From Escherichia phage vB_Eco_OMNI12: a DNA stretch of 64,000 bases. The translations under genes were made by a program, and so were the position numbers. Under the pieces are notes generated by a model, which saw only the letters and a program-made list of their open reading frames with translations, was not told the origin of the DNA and ran no database searches. Below, one piece after another: positions 10,380 to 20,276 of the stretch (position 1 is the stretch's first letter; each line of letters starts with the position of its first letter). The stretch lies in the sequence record OL362041.1, one strand, 5' to 3'.

Positions 10380-10687
10380 CGTAAATTCCCTGCAATTGGT
10401 ATACTAACAATACGCCCAGTATCTAAAATTCGCTGATATAATCTTTGTGTGTCTACATCAGGCTTAACATGTTTAACTTCTATTTTATTAAACCAAAATT
10501 TACGTGGAGTCTCAACTAATCTTGGAATTCCCTTGCCTAAAGCTAGTTGATACTGCTCTTTAAGAGTGGTAAATACTTTGTCAGCAATATTCCATTCAAA
10601 AAATACAGCAGGACGATGTTCATCAAGCGGAACTGGCGCCGTAAATCCGTCTTTGTCTCGGTAAACTATCGCATATACATAAACCAT
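10376..10687 (-). CDS. dda.1-like hypothetical protein (103 aa)
   Basis: Stop overlaps dda start; position as T4 dda.1. Confidence 0.55.
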   Translation of the reverse strand: MVYVYAIVYRDKDGFTAPVPLDEHRPAVFFEWNIADKVFTTLKEQYQLALGKGIPRLVETPRKFWFNKIEVKHVKPDVDTQRLYQRILDTGRIVSIPIAGNLR

Positions 10688-10688
10688 A

Positions 10689-11435
10689 TTATCCTCGGAT
10701 AAGTTTAAAAATTGAACAATTTAGCGGATATCCTCTTTTCAGTTTAAGTTTATCAATAAAAGACAAGTTTTGATACCGCTCTACACCTTGAATAATTTTA
10801 TCACACATATCATATTGCATTTCTGCTTCTGACAACTTTTTCACAGTTTTCCAATCCGAGCCTTTAAGAAGAACGTTCAATTTAACAACTTCAGCGCCTT
10901 CTGCTATACGAGAACCATCAATACGAGCTTTGAGTGCTATAATCGTTAGCTTAACGTCAGAAGTTTGTTTTGATTTAGAAAGCTGAGAAATGTGCTCAAT
11001 TCGGTTTTCACGTTTTTTCTGTATAGCTTTAATTTGATTATAAGTCTTTTTGATTTTAGCCCATTTCTTTTCATCTAAATTTAGTTTATGAACTTTTTTC
11101 GCAGATGAACGACCAATTCGCAAAGCAAATAAATCACGCTTTTCAATCAACTCTTCTAAAGTATAATCAGAACGAAATGTATTGTACTTTTTCTTTACTG
11201 CAATAACATTCCCTTTAATGTATCCAACGTTATTATCAAAACGTTCTAATGATAATTTCTCTCCTTCAATACGATTATCAAAAGGTTCTCCTGAGTAAGC
11301 GCAAACTTTCTGATCTAAAATGTTCTTAATGTAATTGAAGTCTAAGTTAAAATCTTTAGAACGTCTTTTAGCAGATGCCTGAGTATGCTCTAGACGACGT
11401 GTAATTTTACGAATTTGATTTTTAGACAGTTTCAT
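10689..11435 (-). CDS. srd: Srd-like protein (248 aa, basic)
   Basis: Size and position between dda.1 and modA as in T4. Confidence 0.65.
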   Translation of the reverse strand: MKLSKNQIRKITRRLEHTQASAKRRSKDFNLDFNYIKNILDQKVCAYSGEPFDNRIEGEKLSLERFDNNVGYIKGNVIAVKKKYNTFRSDYTLEELIEKRDLFALRIGRSSAKKVHKLNLDEKKWAKIKKTYNQIKAIQKKRENRIEHISQLSKSKQTSDVKLTIIALKARIDGSRIAEGAEVVKLNVLLKGSDWKTVKKLSEAEMQYDMCDKIIQGVERYQNLSFIDKLKLKRGYPLNCSIFKLIRG

Positions 11436-11470
11436 ATTTTTCTCACATCTTACAGACGGTTAACTACTTA

Positions 11471-11501
11471 TACTATAACATTTTTACTTTAACTTGTAAA
11501 C
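11471..11501 (-). promoter_or_regulatory. T4-type early promoter upstream of srd
   Basis: Minus strand GTTTAC ... TATAGT. Confidence 0.45.
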
Positions 11502-11515
11502 AACTTTATGAAAAA

Positions 11516-11540
11516 TGCTTTAAAACTTTCATGGTATAAT
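11516..11540 (+). promoter_or_regulatory. Plus-strand MotA-box middle-promoter-like element (TGCTTTA, 12 nt, TATAAT)
   Basis: Plus-strand aatgctttaaaactttcatggtataat matches the T4 middle promoter architecture but points antisense to modA. Confidence 0.3.
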
Positions 11541-11557
11541 GAATCTAAGTCCTTCCA

Positions 11558-12160
11558 TTATAGATTAAATCCTTCAAAATCAAGAGTATAGATAGTGTAT
11601 GTTGAATACTTTTTATACTCGTATCTATCCGCAATTCTAAATACACTTCCAGCTGGTATCATTACTTCTTGTTCATCTGAAACTAATTCCATATTACGAT
11701 AACGATGGCTATCCGGAAACTTAAAACTTGGACTGTATTCTTTACAACGTAGAGCTTTTATAGCATACTCCTGAAAATTAAATACCATAGGAGCTTTGAA
11801 TTCAAAAATAACTTGCGTGTTGTATTCTAATCCAGAAGCAAAATGTAGAGCTATATTTTTATCATATGAAGCTGATACTACTTTATCAAATGTAATAATA
11901 TCAATTCCTTGATTTAACACCTGCTTAGTCTCAACTGGAACACCTCTCCAAAGAGGTTTATCGTTTGGAACCAAACGAGATTTGATTATTTCATTTAACC
12001 AAGAATGATCGTTTGGCTTATTAGTAATACAATGAATTAAAAGTTCAATTTCGGATAAATTAAATCCTTCAGAAAGTAATTCTTCACGAATAGAAGCACG
12101 CACCGATGCATCCATTGATTTGATTTTAAAATCTTTTAATTGCATTGCTGAATATTTCAT
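11558..12160 (-). CDS. modA: ModA ADP-ribosyltransferase (200 aa)
   Basis: 200 aa as T4 ModA; position; paralogous to adjacent ModB. Confidence 0.8.
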   Translation of the reverse strand: MKYSAMQLKDFKIKSMDASVRASIREELLSEGFNLSEIELLIHCITNKPNDHSWLNEIIKSRLVPNDKPLWRGVPVETKQVLNQGIDIITFDKVVSASYDKNIALHFASGLEYNTQVIFEFKAPMVFNFQEYAIKALRCKEYSPSFKFPDSHRYRNMELVSDEQEVMIPAGSVFRIADRYEYKKYSTYTIYTLDFEGFNL

Positions 12161-12780
12161 TCAACTACCTCAATATCATACACTTTAAATGTTCCAAACG
12201 AATCGTGTAATTTTTCTTTTGAAATAGAAGTTATTTTATACTTTCCAATTGGAATCATCCATTCTTGTTCACGCACAATCATCATTAAGTTATCAGTACG
12301 TTCTGAATCTAATCCATCAGTATCTTCGTATGTATACTTAAACTCAGTATTAGGAGAAGAAAGTATAATATCGCTGATATGGTCAGAATAATTAAAAGCT
12401 TTATCAGTTTTTAAGCGAAATATTATTTCAGTGGAATATTCAACATAAGAAAAACCGCATGCTGTGTGCAAACTAGTAGTAAATGAATCTACTCTGTTCG
12501 TTGAAAACACTTCTCCGACTTGTAAATCTTTAATGAGTTCTTTTGTCGATTTTGATATACCACGATATAGCTGATAAGGCGATTTAGTTAAATGCTTTTT
12601 AACGATTTTATTCAACTGCCGATGAAGAGCTTCATTCTTTTTGGCTTCCATACATTGCCAAAGAACTGACTGTTCAAAGTCAGTAAATTTTTCACAGACT
12701 TTTTTATACATATCATATTGAAAATCAACACTTTCAGCTTTTATAGATAATTGTTCAACATCTGCAAGATTAATAATCAT
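12157..12780 (-). CDS. modB: ModB ADP-ribosyltransferase (207 aa from ATG at 12780)
   Basis: Internal ATG with GGAGG SD gives 207 aa as in T4 ModB; stop overlaps modA start. Confidence 0.8.
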   Translation of the reverse strand: MIINLADVEQLSIKAESVDFQYDMYKKVCEKFTDFEQSVLWQCMEAKKNEALHRQLNKIVKKHLTKSPYQLYRGISKSTKELIKDLQVGEVFSTNRVDSFTTSLHTACGFSYVEYSTEIIFRLKTDKAFNYSDHISDIILSSPNTEFKYTYEDTDGLDSERTDNLMMIVREQEWMIPIGKYKITSISKEKLHDSFGTFKVYDIEVVE

Positions 12781-12806
12781 GATAGCCTCCATATACTTCA
12801 GAAGCT

Positions 12807-12836
12807 ATCATATCATTGTTAGGAAGGAAAGTAAAC
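12807..12836 (-). promoter_or_regulatory. T4-type early promoter upstream of modB
   Basis: Minus strand GTTTAC, 18 nt, TATGAT. Confidence 0.45.
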
Positions 12837-12847
12837 AACTTTTTGAA

Positions 12848-13030
12848 TTATTTTGCCCAAGGAGCCCAAGGCGGAGGGTCAAGATGGTATGAAGCTAGTT
12901 CTTCTAGAAGAGCATCTGGGGCTTCAATTCCATAATTCTGTAATACTATACGGTACTCTTTCTTATAATCACTAGAATCATTCTGGATATTCGTAGAATG
13001 ATTATCTTCTAACATCTCAAATAAATCCAT
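12848..13030 (-). CDS. Hypothetical small protein (60 aa)
   Basis: ORF in operon context. Confidence 0.4.
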   Translation of the reverse strand: MDLFEMLEDNHSTNIQNDSSDYKKEYRIVLQNYGIEAPDALLEELASYHLDPPPWAPWAK

Positions 13031-13038
13031 ATTAATTC

Positions 13039-13509
13039 CTAGCGATAAAAACCAAAATAACGATTAGTTTCAATAATCTTTCTTTCTTCTTCGGACATTC
13101 TCCAGCGTAGTCCAACATCAAAATGAGCCCAGACCATCTTAACAAATGCATTTATATCTTTAATATCTTCAATAATGAATGTTTTACTTTTAGAAGGTTG
13201 ACTCACTAATTTAATCTTATCATCTTCAAACAGGTCAAAAAGACCATATTCATGAGCTCTTTTATAGCCTTTAATAGTTAAAGCTTCAGAAGAAGAAAAC
13301 GGTGAATCAGTATTCTGCAAAATATCTTCAGTATGCTTTATAATTAGAATAACATTTTCTGGATATTTTCTTTCTTTTATATCTTTAATTAAAATATCCG
13401 GATTTTCTGCTAAAGGAATAATTAATGAGCATTTTTTATCAAGTGTATTTACTGATTTACCTTCTTTAGACATAAATTCTATTGAATAATGTTTTGCTAC
13501 TTCAATCAT
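13039..13509 (-). CDS. Hypothetical protein (156 aa)
   Basis: ORF with ATG at 13509. Confidence 0.5.
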   Translation of the reverse strand: MIEVAKHYSIEFMSKEGKSVNTLDKKCSLIIPLAENPDILIKDIKERKYPENVILIIKHTEDILQNTDSPFSSSEALTIKGYKRAHEYGLFDLFEDDKIKLVSQPSKSKTFIIEDIKDINAFVKMVWAHFDVGLRWRMSEEERKIIETNRYFGFYR

Positions 13510-13666
13510 GTGATTTCCTTTTGCCTACTAATGGACCATCGGGAATTTTGTTTTCCTGGATATATTTCTCATTTTCTTCCATCATTTTACTGCCGATTTT
13601 AAGAAGCAAATTCAGTGCTTCATTTGCTTTAGCCTTGGCCTCTTCTAACGTTATATCTTTGTTCAT
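13502..13666 (-). CDS. Hypothetical small protein (54 aa)
   Basis: Below track cutoff; start and stop overlap its neighbours in ATGA fashion. Confidence 0.3.
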   Translation of the reverse strand: MNKDITLEEAKAKANEALNLLLKIGSKMMEENEKYIQENKIPDGPLVGKRKSHD

Positions 13667-13866
13667 GATTTATCACCATAGATGTCTCTCATTAATTTAA
13701 GCGCTGAGCGTTCTAATTTCTTTTCTTTCTCAGCACTAATCATTGATTTCATCCATTCTTCCGATTCGTTCTGCATTTCTTTATTTGCTTGTTCAACCCA
13801 ACCATCATCAATATACATCGAGTTTGGTCTATTGAACCATTCAAGCATCTTCTTCAGAACTTTCAT
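13663..13866 (-). CDS. Hypothetical small protein (67 aa)
   Basis: ORF in operon context. Confidence 0.4.
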   Translation of the reverse strand: MKVLKKMLEWFNRPNSMYIDDGWVEQANKEMQNESEEWMKSMISAEKEKKLERSALKLMRDIYGDKS

Positions 13867-14338
13867 TTGTTTTACCTAAAACGACAGTAGGAGCATCGTC
13901 AAATTCATGAATTTTTAGCAAATTTGGATGTAAACTATTCCATACAGAAGAAATAAAGTATGATAAAGCGTCTTCACTCGCAATTATAAATTTATTTCCT
14001 TTATCTATTTTCCAACTATATAATGAATCATACGAATAGAAAGATAAAGGTTTATCATTATATTGTTCTGCGCTAACATTAATGTATTCGGATTTAGTAA
14101 ATGCTTCAATTGCTCTAAATGGAATATTTGGCACAGTTTCAATAATACCAATCTTTTTAAGTTTTATTTCAGCATCTTCTGGAACTGGCATTGAAACGAA
14201 ATTTTCTACGAGATACATTGGGTCACAATAACCCTTATCAATCATTACTGCTACAGTAATTGGAACATCTTTAGCAAACGACATGCTATTACTGCTAATA
14301 TACATTTCAAACAAAATCGCTTCCATAATTTTCCTCAA
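13841..14338 (-). CDS. Hypothetical protein (165 aa), mrh-region
   Basis: ORF; position of T4 mrh cluster. Confidence 0.45.
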   Translation of the reverse strand: MRKIMEAILFEMYISSNSMSFAKDVPITVAVMIDKGYCDPMYLVENFVSMPVPEDAEIKLKKIGIIETVPNIPFRAIEAFTKSEYINVSAEQYNDKPLSFYSYDSLYSWKIDKGNKFIIASEDALSYFISSVWNSLHPNLLKIHEFDDAPTVVLGKTNESSEEDA

Positions 14339-14676
14339 TCACAAGATGTAGATGAACAACTAGAATCACAAGAACTTCCACATGAATCGCCTTCCCATAC
14401 ATGAACAGGAACATTAGTATCATATGAATCAGAACTAGACTGTGTATTCTGCGTATTAGATGATGTAGTAGGTGTTGACCAGCGCCAAGGATTTTTATAA
14501 TATTCTTGGGCTTCTTCATAAGTCATAGTAACTGCTTCTACTGTTCCATCTCCCATATAAACATACTCAACTACAGTTAAAGGAAGATAGTCATTTGAAA
14601 TAGGAACTACACCTTCTCCAGGAGTCGTAGAGAAAAAATCCGTAAAGAAACTTTTAAACCAATTGAAGATAAACAT
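14335..14676 (-). CDS. Hypothetical protein with Cys/Ser-rich C-terminal tail (113 aa)
   Basis: C-terminus ...[18 protein letters not shown]. Confidence 0.5.
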   Translation of the reverse strand: MFIFNWFKSFFTDFFSTTPGEGVVPISNDYLPLTVVEYVYMGDGTVEAVTMTYEEAQEYYKNPWRWSTPTTSSNTQNTQSSSDSYDTNVPVHVWEGDSCGSSCDSSCSSTSCD

Positions 14677-14882
14677 TACAAAAAGCCTCTCTTAAATTCG
14701 ACTTGCTTCTCGCCATAATCATATCGAATCTCTGCATTAAATTCAACAGAACCATCTGCGTACATCATAAATGAATGCACAACAACTTCTGTAGACCATG
14801 GCTGTAGTTCATATTTCTTCATTACATGCCGTGAAATGATAATATCTAAATCTTCATTTGGTTTAATCCAGCGATTTAACAT
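14676..14882 (-). CDS. Hypothetical small protein (68 aa)
   Basis: ATG with GAGGAG SD downstream of an early promoter. Confidence 0.45.
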   Translation of the reverse strand: MLNRWIKPNEDLDIIISRHVMKKYELQPWSTEVVVHSFMMYADGSVEFNAEIRYDYGEKQVEFKRGFL

Positions 14883-14907
14883 AGTGCTCTCCTCTATAAG
14901 ATAATTT

Positions 14908-14938
14908 TATTATACCATACTCATTTTGGAAAGTAAAC
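14908..14938 (-). promoter_or_regulatory. T4-type early promoter
   Basis: Minus strand GTTTAC ... TGGTATAATAA. Confidence 0.5.
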
Positions 14939-14947
14939 CATTTAAAT

Positions 14948-14973
14948 GAAAAAAGGACTCCCGAAGGAGTCCT
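14948..14973 (-). terminator. Rho-independent terminator after soc (UUCG tetraloop)
   Basis: 8-bp stem aggactcc/ggagtcct with cgaa loop (UUCG on transcript), followed by a U-run on the minus strand. Confidence 0.7.
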
Positions 14974-14978
14974 TAAAT

Positions 14979-15224
14979 TTATTCACCAGTTACTTTCCAC
15001 AAATCTTCGTTTGCAGTAATCCATTCAGTACGTTGATTTTCTTCATATACTGTAGAATATGCTGCTTTTTCTGAAGGGAATATCTGATAATGAGCTCCAG
15101 AAATTTTATGAACGTCAGAATAAAGAGGGAAAGCTACGGAAATTTCCTTTCCTTCAATTTTCTTATTTCCATCTAATTTTTGCTCAAATGTTTTAATATT
15201 AACATAACCGCGAGTACTAGCCAT
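14979..15224 (-). CDS. soc: Small outer capsid protein Soc
   Basis: 81-aa ORF nearly identical to T4 Soc as recalled (MASTRGYVNIKTFEQ...). Confidence 0.9.
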   Translation of the reverse strand: MASTRGYVNIKTFEQKLDGNKKIEGKEISVAFPLYSDVHKISGAHYQIFPSEKAAYSTVYEENQRTEWITANEDLWKVTGE

Positions 15225-15240
15225 GTAATTCTCCTTTTAT

Positions 15241-15450
15241 TTAAATTACATGACTATTTATAATAAATTCTCGCGGAACGTTAAAATACCCAATTTTAGT
15301 TAATATAACAACATCGCCGTTAATAATTACCGGAGAATAATCTTCTGGAGCATTAAATTTCCAATGGGCTCTAATATTATATCCATCAGAACCAAATGCT
15401 CGACTAGCCGGTCTCCCGGCTTTTTGCCATGCATAAAAATCAAATTTCAT
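15241..15450 (-). CDS. Hypothetical small protein (69 aa)
   Basis: ORF between soc and gene 56. Confidence 0.4.
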   Translation of the reverse strand: MKFDFYAWQKAGRPASRAFGSDGYNIRAHWKFNAPEDYSPVIINGDVVILTKIGYFNVPREFIINSHVI

Positions 15451-15641
15451 TTTGAATGCTCTATAATTAATTTTAAAGCTTCTTCACTGACAAAAATTTC
15501 GTCAGGACCTTCTATAACTTCAACCATACGAAGTTGATTAGTTAAGAGCTCACACACGAGCTCTTTGTTATAATCTTTAAATAGCTGGTCAATACGTTTC
15601 TTATGGGCTTTCTTAAGCTGACGCTTATTTAAACGAGCCAT
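15447..15641 (-). CDS. Hypothetical small basic protein (64 aa)
   Basis: ORF; stop overlaps gene 56 start region. Confidence 0.4.
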   Translation of the reverse strand: MARLNKRQLKKAHKKRIDQLFKDYNKELVCELLTNQLRMVEVIEGPDEIFVSEEALKLIIEHSK

Positions 15642-16159
15642 TAATAACCTCGGTCTTGACGAGCGAAGTTTTCAGCATTTTTCAGATAATAAAGTTTAAA
15701 GATTTCTTCAGCCGTAAGACCGAGACCTTGGAACATGTTCAGAACGAAATGAAGAATATCAATCATTTCGAATTTAATTTCCAACTGGTCTTGTGGAGAC
15801 AAATCAGTAATCAGAGTTTCACGTCGTTCACCATGTTGAGCTTTCCAAGGCTTCCATACAGCAGATGCATCTTTTTCACCATTGCTCATACCACCAAGAG
15901 AAGTCAATAGTTCGCGGAATTCATCATCAATATAATCTTTCTGATTACGCAGCCAATCAACAACTTCACCCGCAGTAGCCAAATCATCAGGATGACGGTT
16001 ATATTCAGGTTTATCTTTAGCTAAACGAACCTGTAGAGATTTCTGCATATCAAGCATAACCTGCAGCGGGTCTTTTTCATCACCGAGAATATCCCAGTAT
16101 TCATTTTGAGCTTTATCAGCGCCTTCGATCAGTTGACTACATTCGTTAAAGTAAGCCAT
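15641..16159 (-). CDS. 56: dCTPase/dUTPase (MazG-like), gene 56
   Basis: Track start at 16174 is TTG; the ATG at 16159 with AAAGGA SD gives about 172 aa (T4 gp56 171 aa). Confidence 0.8.
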   Translation of the reverse strand: MAYFNECSQLIEGADKAQNEYWDILGDEKDPLQVMLDMQKSLQVRLAKDKPEYNRHPDDLATAGEVVDWLRNQKDYIDDEFRELLTSLGGMSNGEKDASAVWKPWKAQHGERRETLITDLSPQDQLEIKFEMIDILHFVLNMFQGLGLTAEEIFKLYYLKNAENFARQDRGY

Positions 16160-16219
16160 TATTTTTCCTTTCAATTCATTAATAAGTTAAATAATTATAT
16201 CATTTGAATATGTAAGCAA

Positions 16220-17559
<1,340 letters not shown>

Positions 17560-17582
17560 TATATCATCCTCAGCAATTTATT

Positions 17583-17614
17583 TTATAATACCATAACAAG
17601 CTGAGAAAGTAAAC
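17583..17614 (-). promoter_or_regulatory. T4-type early promoter upstream of the 186-aa ORF and dam
   Basis: Minus strand GTTTAC ... TGGTATTATAAAA. Confidence 0.5.
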
Positions 17615-17658
17615 AAATTTATGAAATTTGTGATAAATATTAATTTAAAGGAGGACAT

Positions 17659-17859
17659 ATGGCACAAAAATTAATGGCACTTGTTAATGCCATCAAAGGT
17701 AATAAGAAACGTATAGCTTTTACTATTTCTGCTATGGTAGGAATTTTACTCTGGAACTTTATTTTATCACCAATTACAATTGCGCATGGTGTTAATATTC
17801 CAGTAGTTACTCTTGATACATTCGTAGATCTAGCATTTGCTTTAGTTGGGTTAATTTAA
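17659..17859 (+). CDS. Small hydrophobic membrane protein (66 aa), plus strand
   Basis: ATG preceded by AAAGGAGGA; predicted transmembrane segments; convergent with gene 61 and overlapping its stop. Confidence 0.45.
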   Translation: MAQKLMALVNAIKGNKKRIAFTISAMVGILLWNFILSPITIAHGVNIPVVTLDTFVDLAFALVGLI

Positions 17860-18884
17860 ATCTTGGCATATTTAGATAACCGCATTTTAGCCATTAACCC
17901 CTGGGCAATATTATTTTTCATATATTCCATAATTTGTTCAGGGGTTGCACCTTCCTTTCTAATCATATCATTAACATCTTTTGATTTCCAGGGAGATTTA
18001 TCCCAAAACATAACCCTTTCTCCTGCATCAACTAATTTAGTCATTCGCTTGATAGTGTCAGGGTGACGAGGTTCATTATCTAAAACCCACACTCGTCTAT
18101 CTTTAAATGGAACAACTTCTAGGTCTAATTGACCACCCGTAATAGCTATACCATTTTCAATAAAAAGTGAATCTATAGGTCCTTCTAGAACATATACATC
18201 ACCATCTTTAACTCGTTCGACTCCATATATTTTTGTTGCCTCAGGATAAGCTTTGATGGTGATATATTTTTGAGGAGCATCTTTCTTTAATGCACGTCCT
18301 TGAAAAGACTCAGCTTTTCCATTAGCATTATAAATTGGAATAACAAGACGAGGCTCAGAAATTTCCTTTTTGTATGTTCCCGGTGCTATGCTATTAACTA
18401 ATTTAGGCCATTCGGTTGTAAACCAAAGATATTTCCATTTATCCTTTGGAATACAACGAGCTTTTACATATTTTATAATTGGATGGTCTTCCGCCAATTT
18501 ATCTAATCTGATGCATGACGGAAGAGATTTAATTATTTTCTTCTCAGGTTGTTTAGGAAGTTCTTTAGGTTTTTCTACTGGACGACTTTTACCTTTTTCT
18601 TTTCTTATTTCAAAGATATACTCACGATATAAATCAGGTTCAAACTCCTTTAAATATATTCCGATTGGTGCATGATAGTTACAGTTATAACAATGAATAT
18701 TTCCTTCATTATTATCGCCATAATACCATCCACGGGCTTTATTTTGGTCGGTTTTTGAATCTCCACAAACTGGGCATCTAAACCGTAATTTAAAAGTTGA
18801 ACTATTATTTACTTGTGTGAATTTAGGTAAATGAGCTAATGCACGGTATGCAAACTCATTATCAATCCAAGGTATTGATGACAT
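17856..18884 (-). CDS. 61: DNA primase gp61 (zinc-binding)
   Basis: 342 aa as T4 gp61; CPVCGDS...CYNC zinc motif and Toprim region. Confidence 0.9.
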   Translation of the reverse strand: MSSIPWIDNEFAYRALAHLPKFTQVNNSSTFKLRFRCPVCGDSKTDQNKARGWYYGDNNEGNIHCYNCNYHAPIGIYLKEFEPDLYREYIFEIRKEKGKSRPVEKPKELPKQPEKKIIKSLPSCIRLDKLAEDHPIIKYVKARCIPKDKWKYLWFTTEWPKLVNSIAPGTYKKEISEPRLVIPIYNANGKAESFQGRALKKDAPQKYITIKAYPEATKIYGVERVKDGDVYVLEGPIDSLFIENGIAITGGQLDLEVVPFKDRRVWVLDNEPRHPDTIKRMTKLVDAGERVMFWDKSPWKSKDVNDMIRKEGATPEQIMEYMKNNIAQGLMAKMRLSKYAKI

Positions 18885-18886
18885 TT

Positions 18887-19051
18887 TTACTCTTCTTTTT
18901 CTTTAGATTCCTCTTTTTTCTTTTTAGGAATCTGTTCAGGACCTTTATTTACTACAGCACCTGATATTGTTCCAGTAGAGATATTTTCAGGATTACCACC
19001 TGAATCTCCAGCAACCATATCTTCTTTGATAAATTCTTTATATGTTTTCAT
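18887..19051 (-). CDS. Small protein (54 aa), 61.1 position
   Basis: Below track cutoff; ATG at 19051, stop abuts gene 61 start. Confidence 0.4.
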   Translation of the reverse strand: MKTYKEFIKEDMVAGDSGGNPENISTGTISGAVVNKGPEQIPKKKKEESKEKEE

Positions 19052-19052
19052 A

Positions 19053-19409
19053 TTAACCTCTATTCATAAAAGCATTAAAAATTTGGTCATCAATAGATGG
19101 AATAGCAACCTTTTCGGCATCATTTAGCAAATCATTAATTTCATCAGATAGCATAACACATGTGCCTTTATTTCCTGTAATTGTTACTGCACAATTACGA
19201 ACGTTTTCTTTATCAAATTTTAGGTTAATATTTTCGTAGTGAAAATCCTTTAATGCCGAATATATCTTTAAAATGAAATTGTCTTTTACTACAATAAACC
19301 CAACCTCACTATTAAAACGTGGTTCATGGAAACTGTAATAAACCTTTTCATCTATAAAATCGTATGAAATTTTTTCCATTTTTAAATATGAAAATTCAGA
19401 ACTATGCAT
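19053..19409 (-). CDS. Hypothetical protein (118 aa), 61.2 position
   Basis: ORF between 61.1-like ORF and sp; T4 61.2 is the anti-DarTG factor AdfA (positional inference only). Confidence 0.45.
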   Translation of the reverse strand: MHSSEFSYLKMEKISYDFIDEKVYYSFHEPRFNSEVGFIVVKDNFILKIYSALKDFHYENINLKFDKENVRNCAVTITGNKGTCVMLSDEINDLLNDAEKVAIPSIDDQIFNAFMNRG

Positions 19410-19421
19410 ACTAACCTCTAA

Positions 19422-19715
19422 TTACTCACCTACCACTTCAGCGATGATATTTTTGTTATTAAAGTTTTTATCGCAATACAGAACATAATTATACTGCATT
19501 ACACCACCAGACTTAAGCTGTTTTTGCACTTCAGCTTTCATTTCAGGACGATCGCGCTCAACGATATTCATAATATCTGCTTCAATTTGGGTTTCAACCT
19601 CAGTCTGATCCGCAGTCATAGACCATTCGCACAAATCTTTATCATAACCTGCCATAGCAGGCTGAGCAGCACAAGAAGCTAAAGCAAAAATTGTGGCAAA
19701 GATAAATTTTTTCAT
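19422..19715 (-). CDS. sp: Spackle periplasmic protein (97 aa)
   Basis: 97 aa with signal peptide; position between 61 and 41 as T4 sp. Confidence 0.75.
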   Translation of the reverse strand: MKKFIFATIFALASCAAQPAMAGYDKDLCEWSMTADQTEVETQIEADIMNIVERDRPEMKAEVQKQLKSGGVMQYNYVLYCDKNFNNKNIIAEVVGE

Positions 19716-19742
19716 GATAATCTCCTCAGTAGTTTATGTTTA

Positions 19743-19773
19743 TATAGTATCTCAATTTCCAACAAAAGTAAAC
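19743..19773 (-). promoter_or_regulatory. T4-type early promoter upstream of sp
   Basis: Minus strand GTTTAC ... TACTAT. Confidence 0.45.
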
Positions 19774-19775
19774 AA

Positions 19776-20033
19776 CTATTTTAAAACTTTTGCATAATCA
19801 CATGTTACAAACTGTTTCTCTAGCTTGACGATTTTACGAAAGTATCTTTTGCATTGGCGAATCTGCCGCTTCGTAGGGCGAACAGCAAACTTAATAAATT
19901 CCACTCGACCAAATGGAGGACTTTCTTCTGCTGGAATATCTAGCACCAATTCCCACGTATCTGCAATAAGTGCTTTGAATTGTGTATTTTTCCTAACGTT
20001 ATACGGAGTAGGTTTAAATAAAACAATATGCAT
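19776..20033 (-). CDS. Hypothetical protein (85 aa from internal ATG), 61.4 position
   Basis: Track ORF overlaps dmd; the internal Met (MHIVLFK...) removes the overlap; possibly TifA-like, by position only. Confidence 0.4.
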   Translation of the reverse strand: MHIVLFKPTPYNVRKNTQFKALIADTWELVLDIPAEESPPFGRVEFIKFAVRPTKRQIRQCKRYFRKIVKLEKQFVTCDYAKVLK

Positions 20034-20034
20034 A

Positions 20035-20217
20035 TTATCCTCGGCAATCCACTTCACACACTTTCTTGTCATCAATGAAAGCTTTAACTAATGCTTTATT
20101 AACTTCAGCATACTGAGTAGTAGCCCATTGAACGTCATCTTTCATCATTGTGGTTTCTTTAGTAAACATGCTTTCATTCTTAAACCACCCCATAAAAACT
20201 ACCTTTACCAATTCCAT
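20035..20217 (-). CDS. dmd: Dmd antitoxin (60 aa)
   Basis: 60 aa, MELVKVVFMGWF...; position next to gene 41; GAGGAG SD. Confidence 0.75.
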   Translation of the reverse strand: MELVKVVFMGWFKNESMFTKETTMMKDDVQWATTQYAEVNKALVKAFIDDKKVCEVDCRG

Positions 20218-20245
20218 AACAATCTCCTCATTTAACCAACAAGAC

Positions 20246-20276
20246 TACTATACCATAGTCTTGTCAGCTTGTAAAC
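20246..20276 (-). promoter_or_regulatory. T4-type early promoter upstream of dmd
   Basis: Minus strand GTTTAC ... TGGTATAGTAG; -35 overlaps gene 41 stop. Confidence 0.5.

Noticed and set aside
14307-14519. 70-aa minus-strand ORF overlapping two neighbouring ORFs
   Set aside because: Alternative-frame ORF with His/Leu-rich low-complexity translation; the flanking ORFs account for the region
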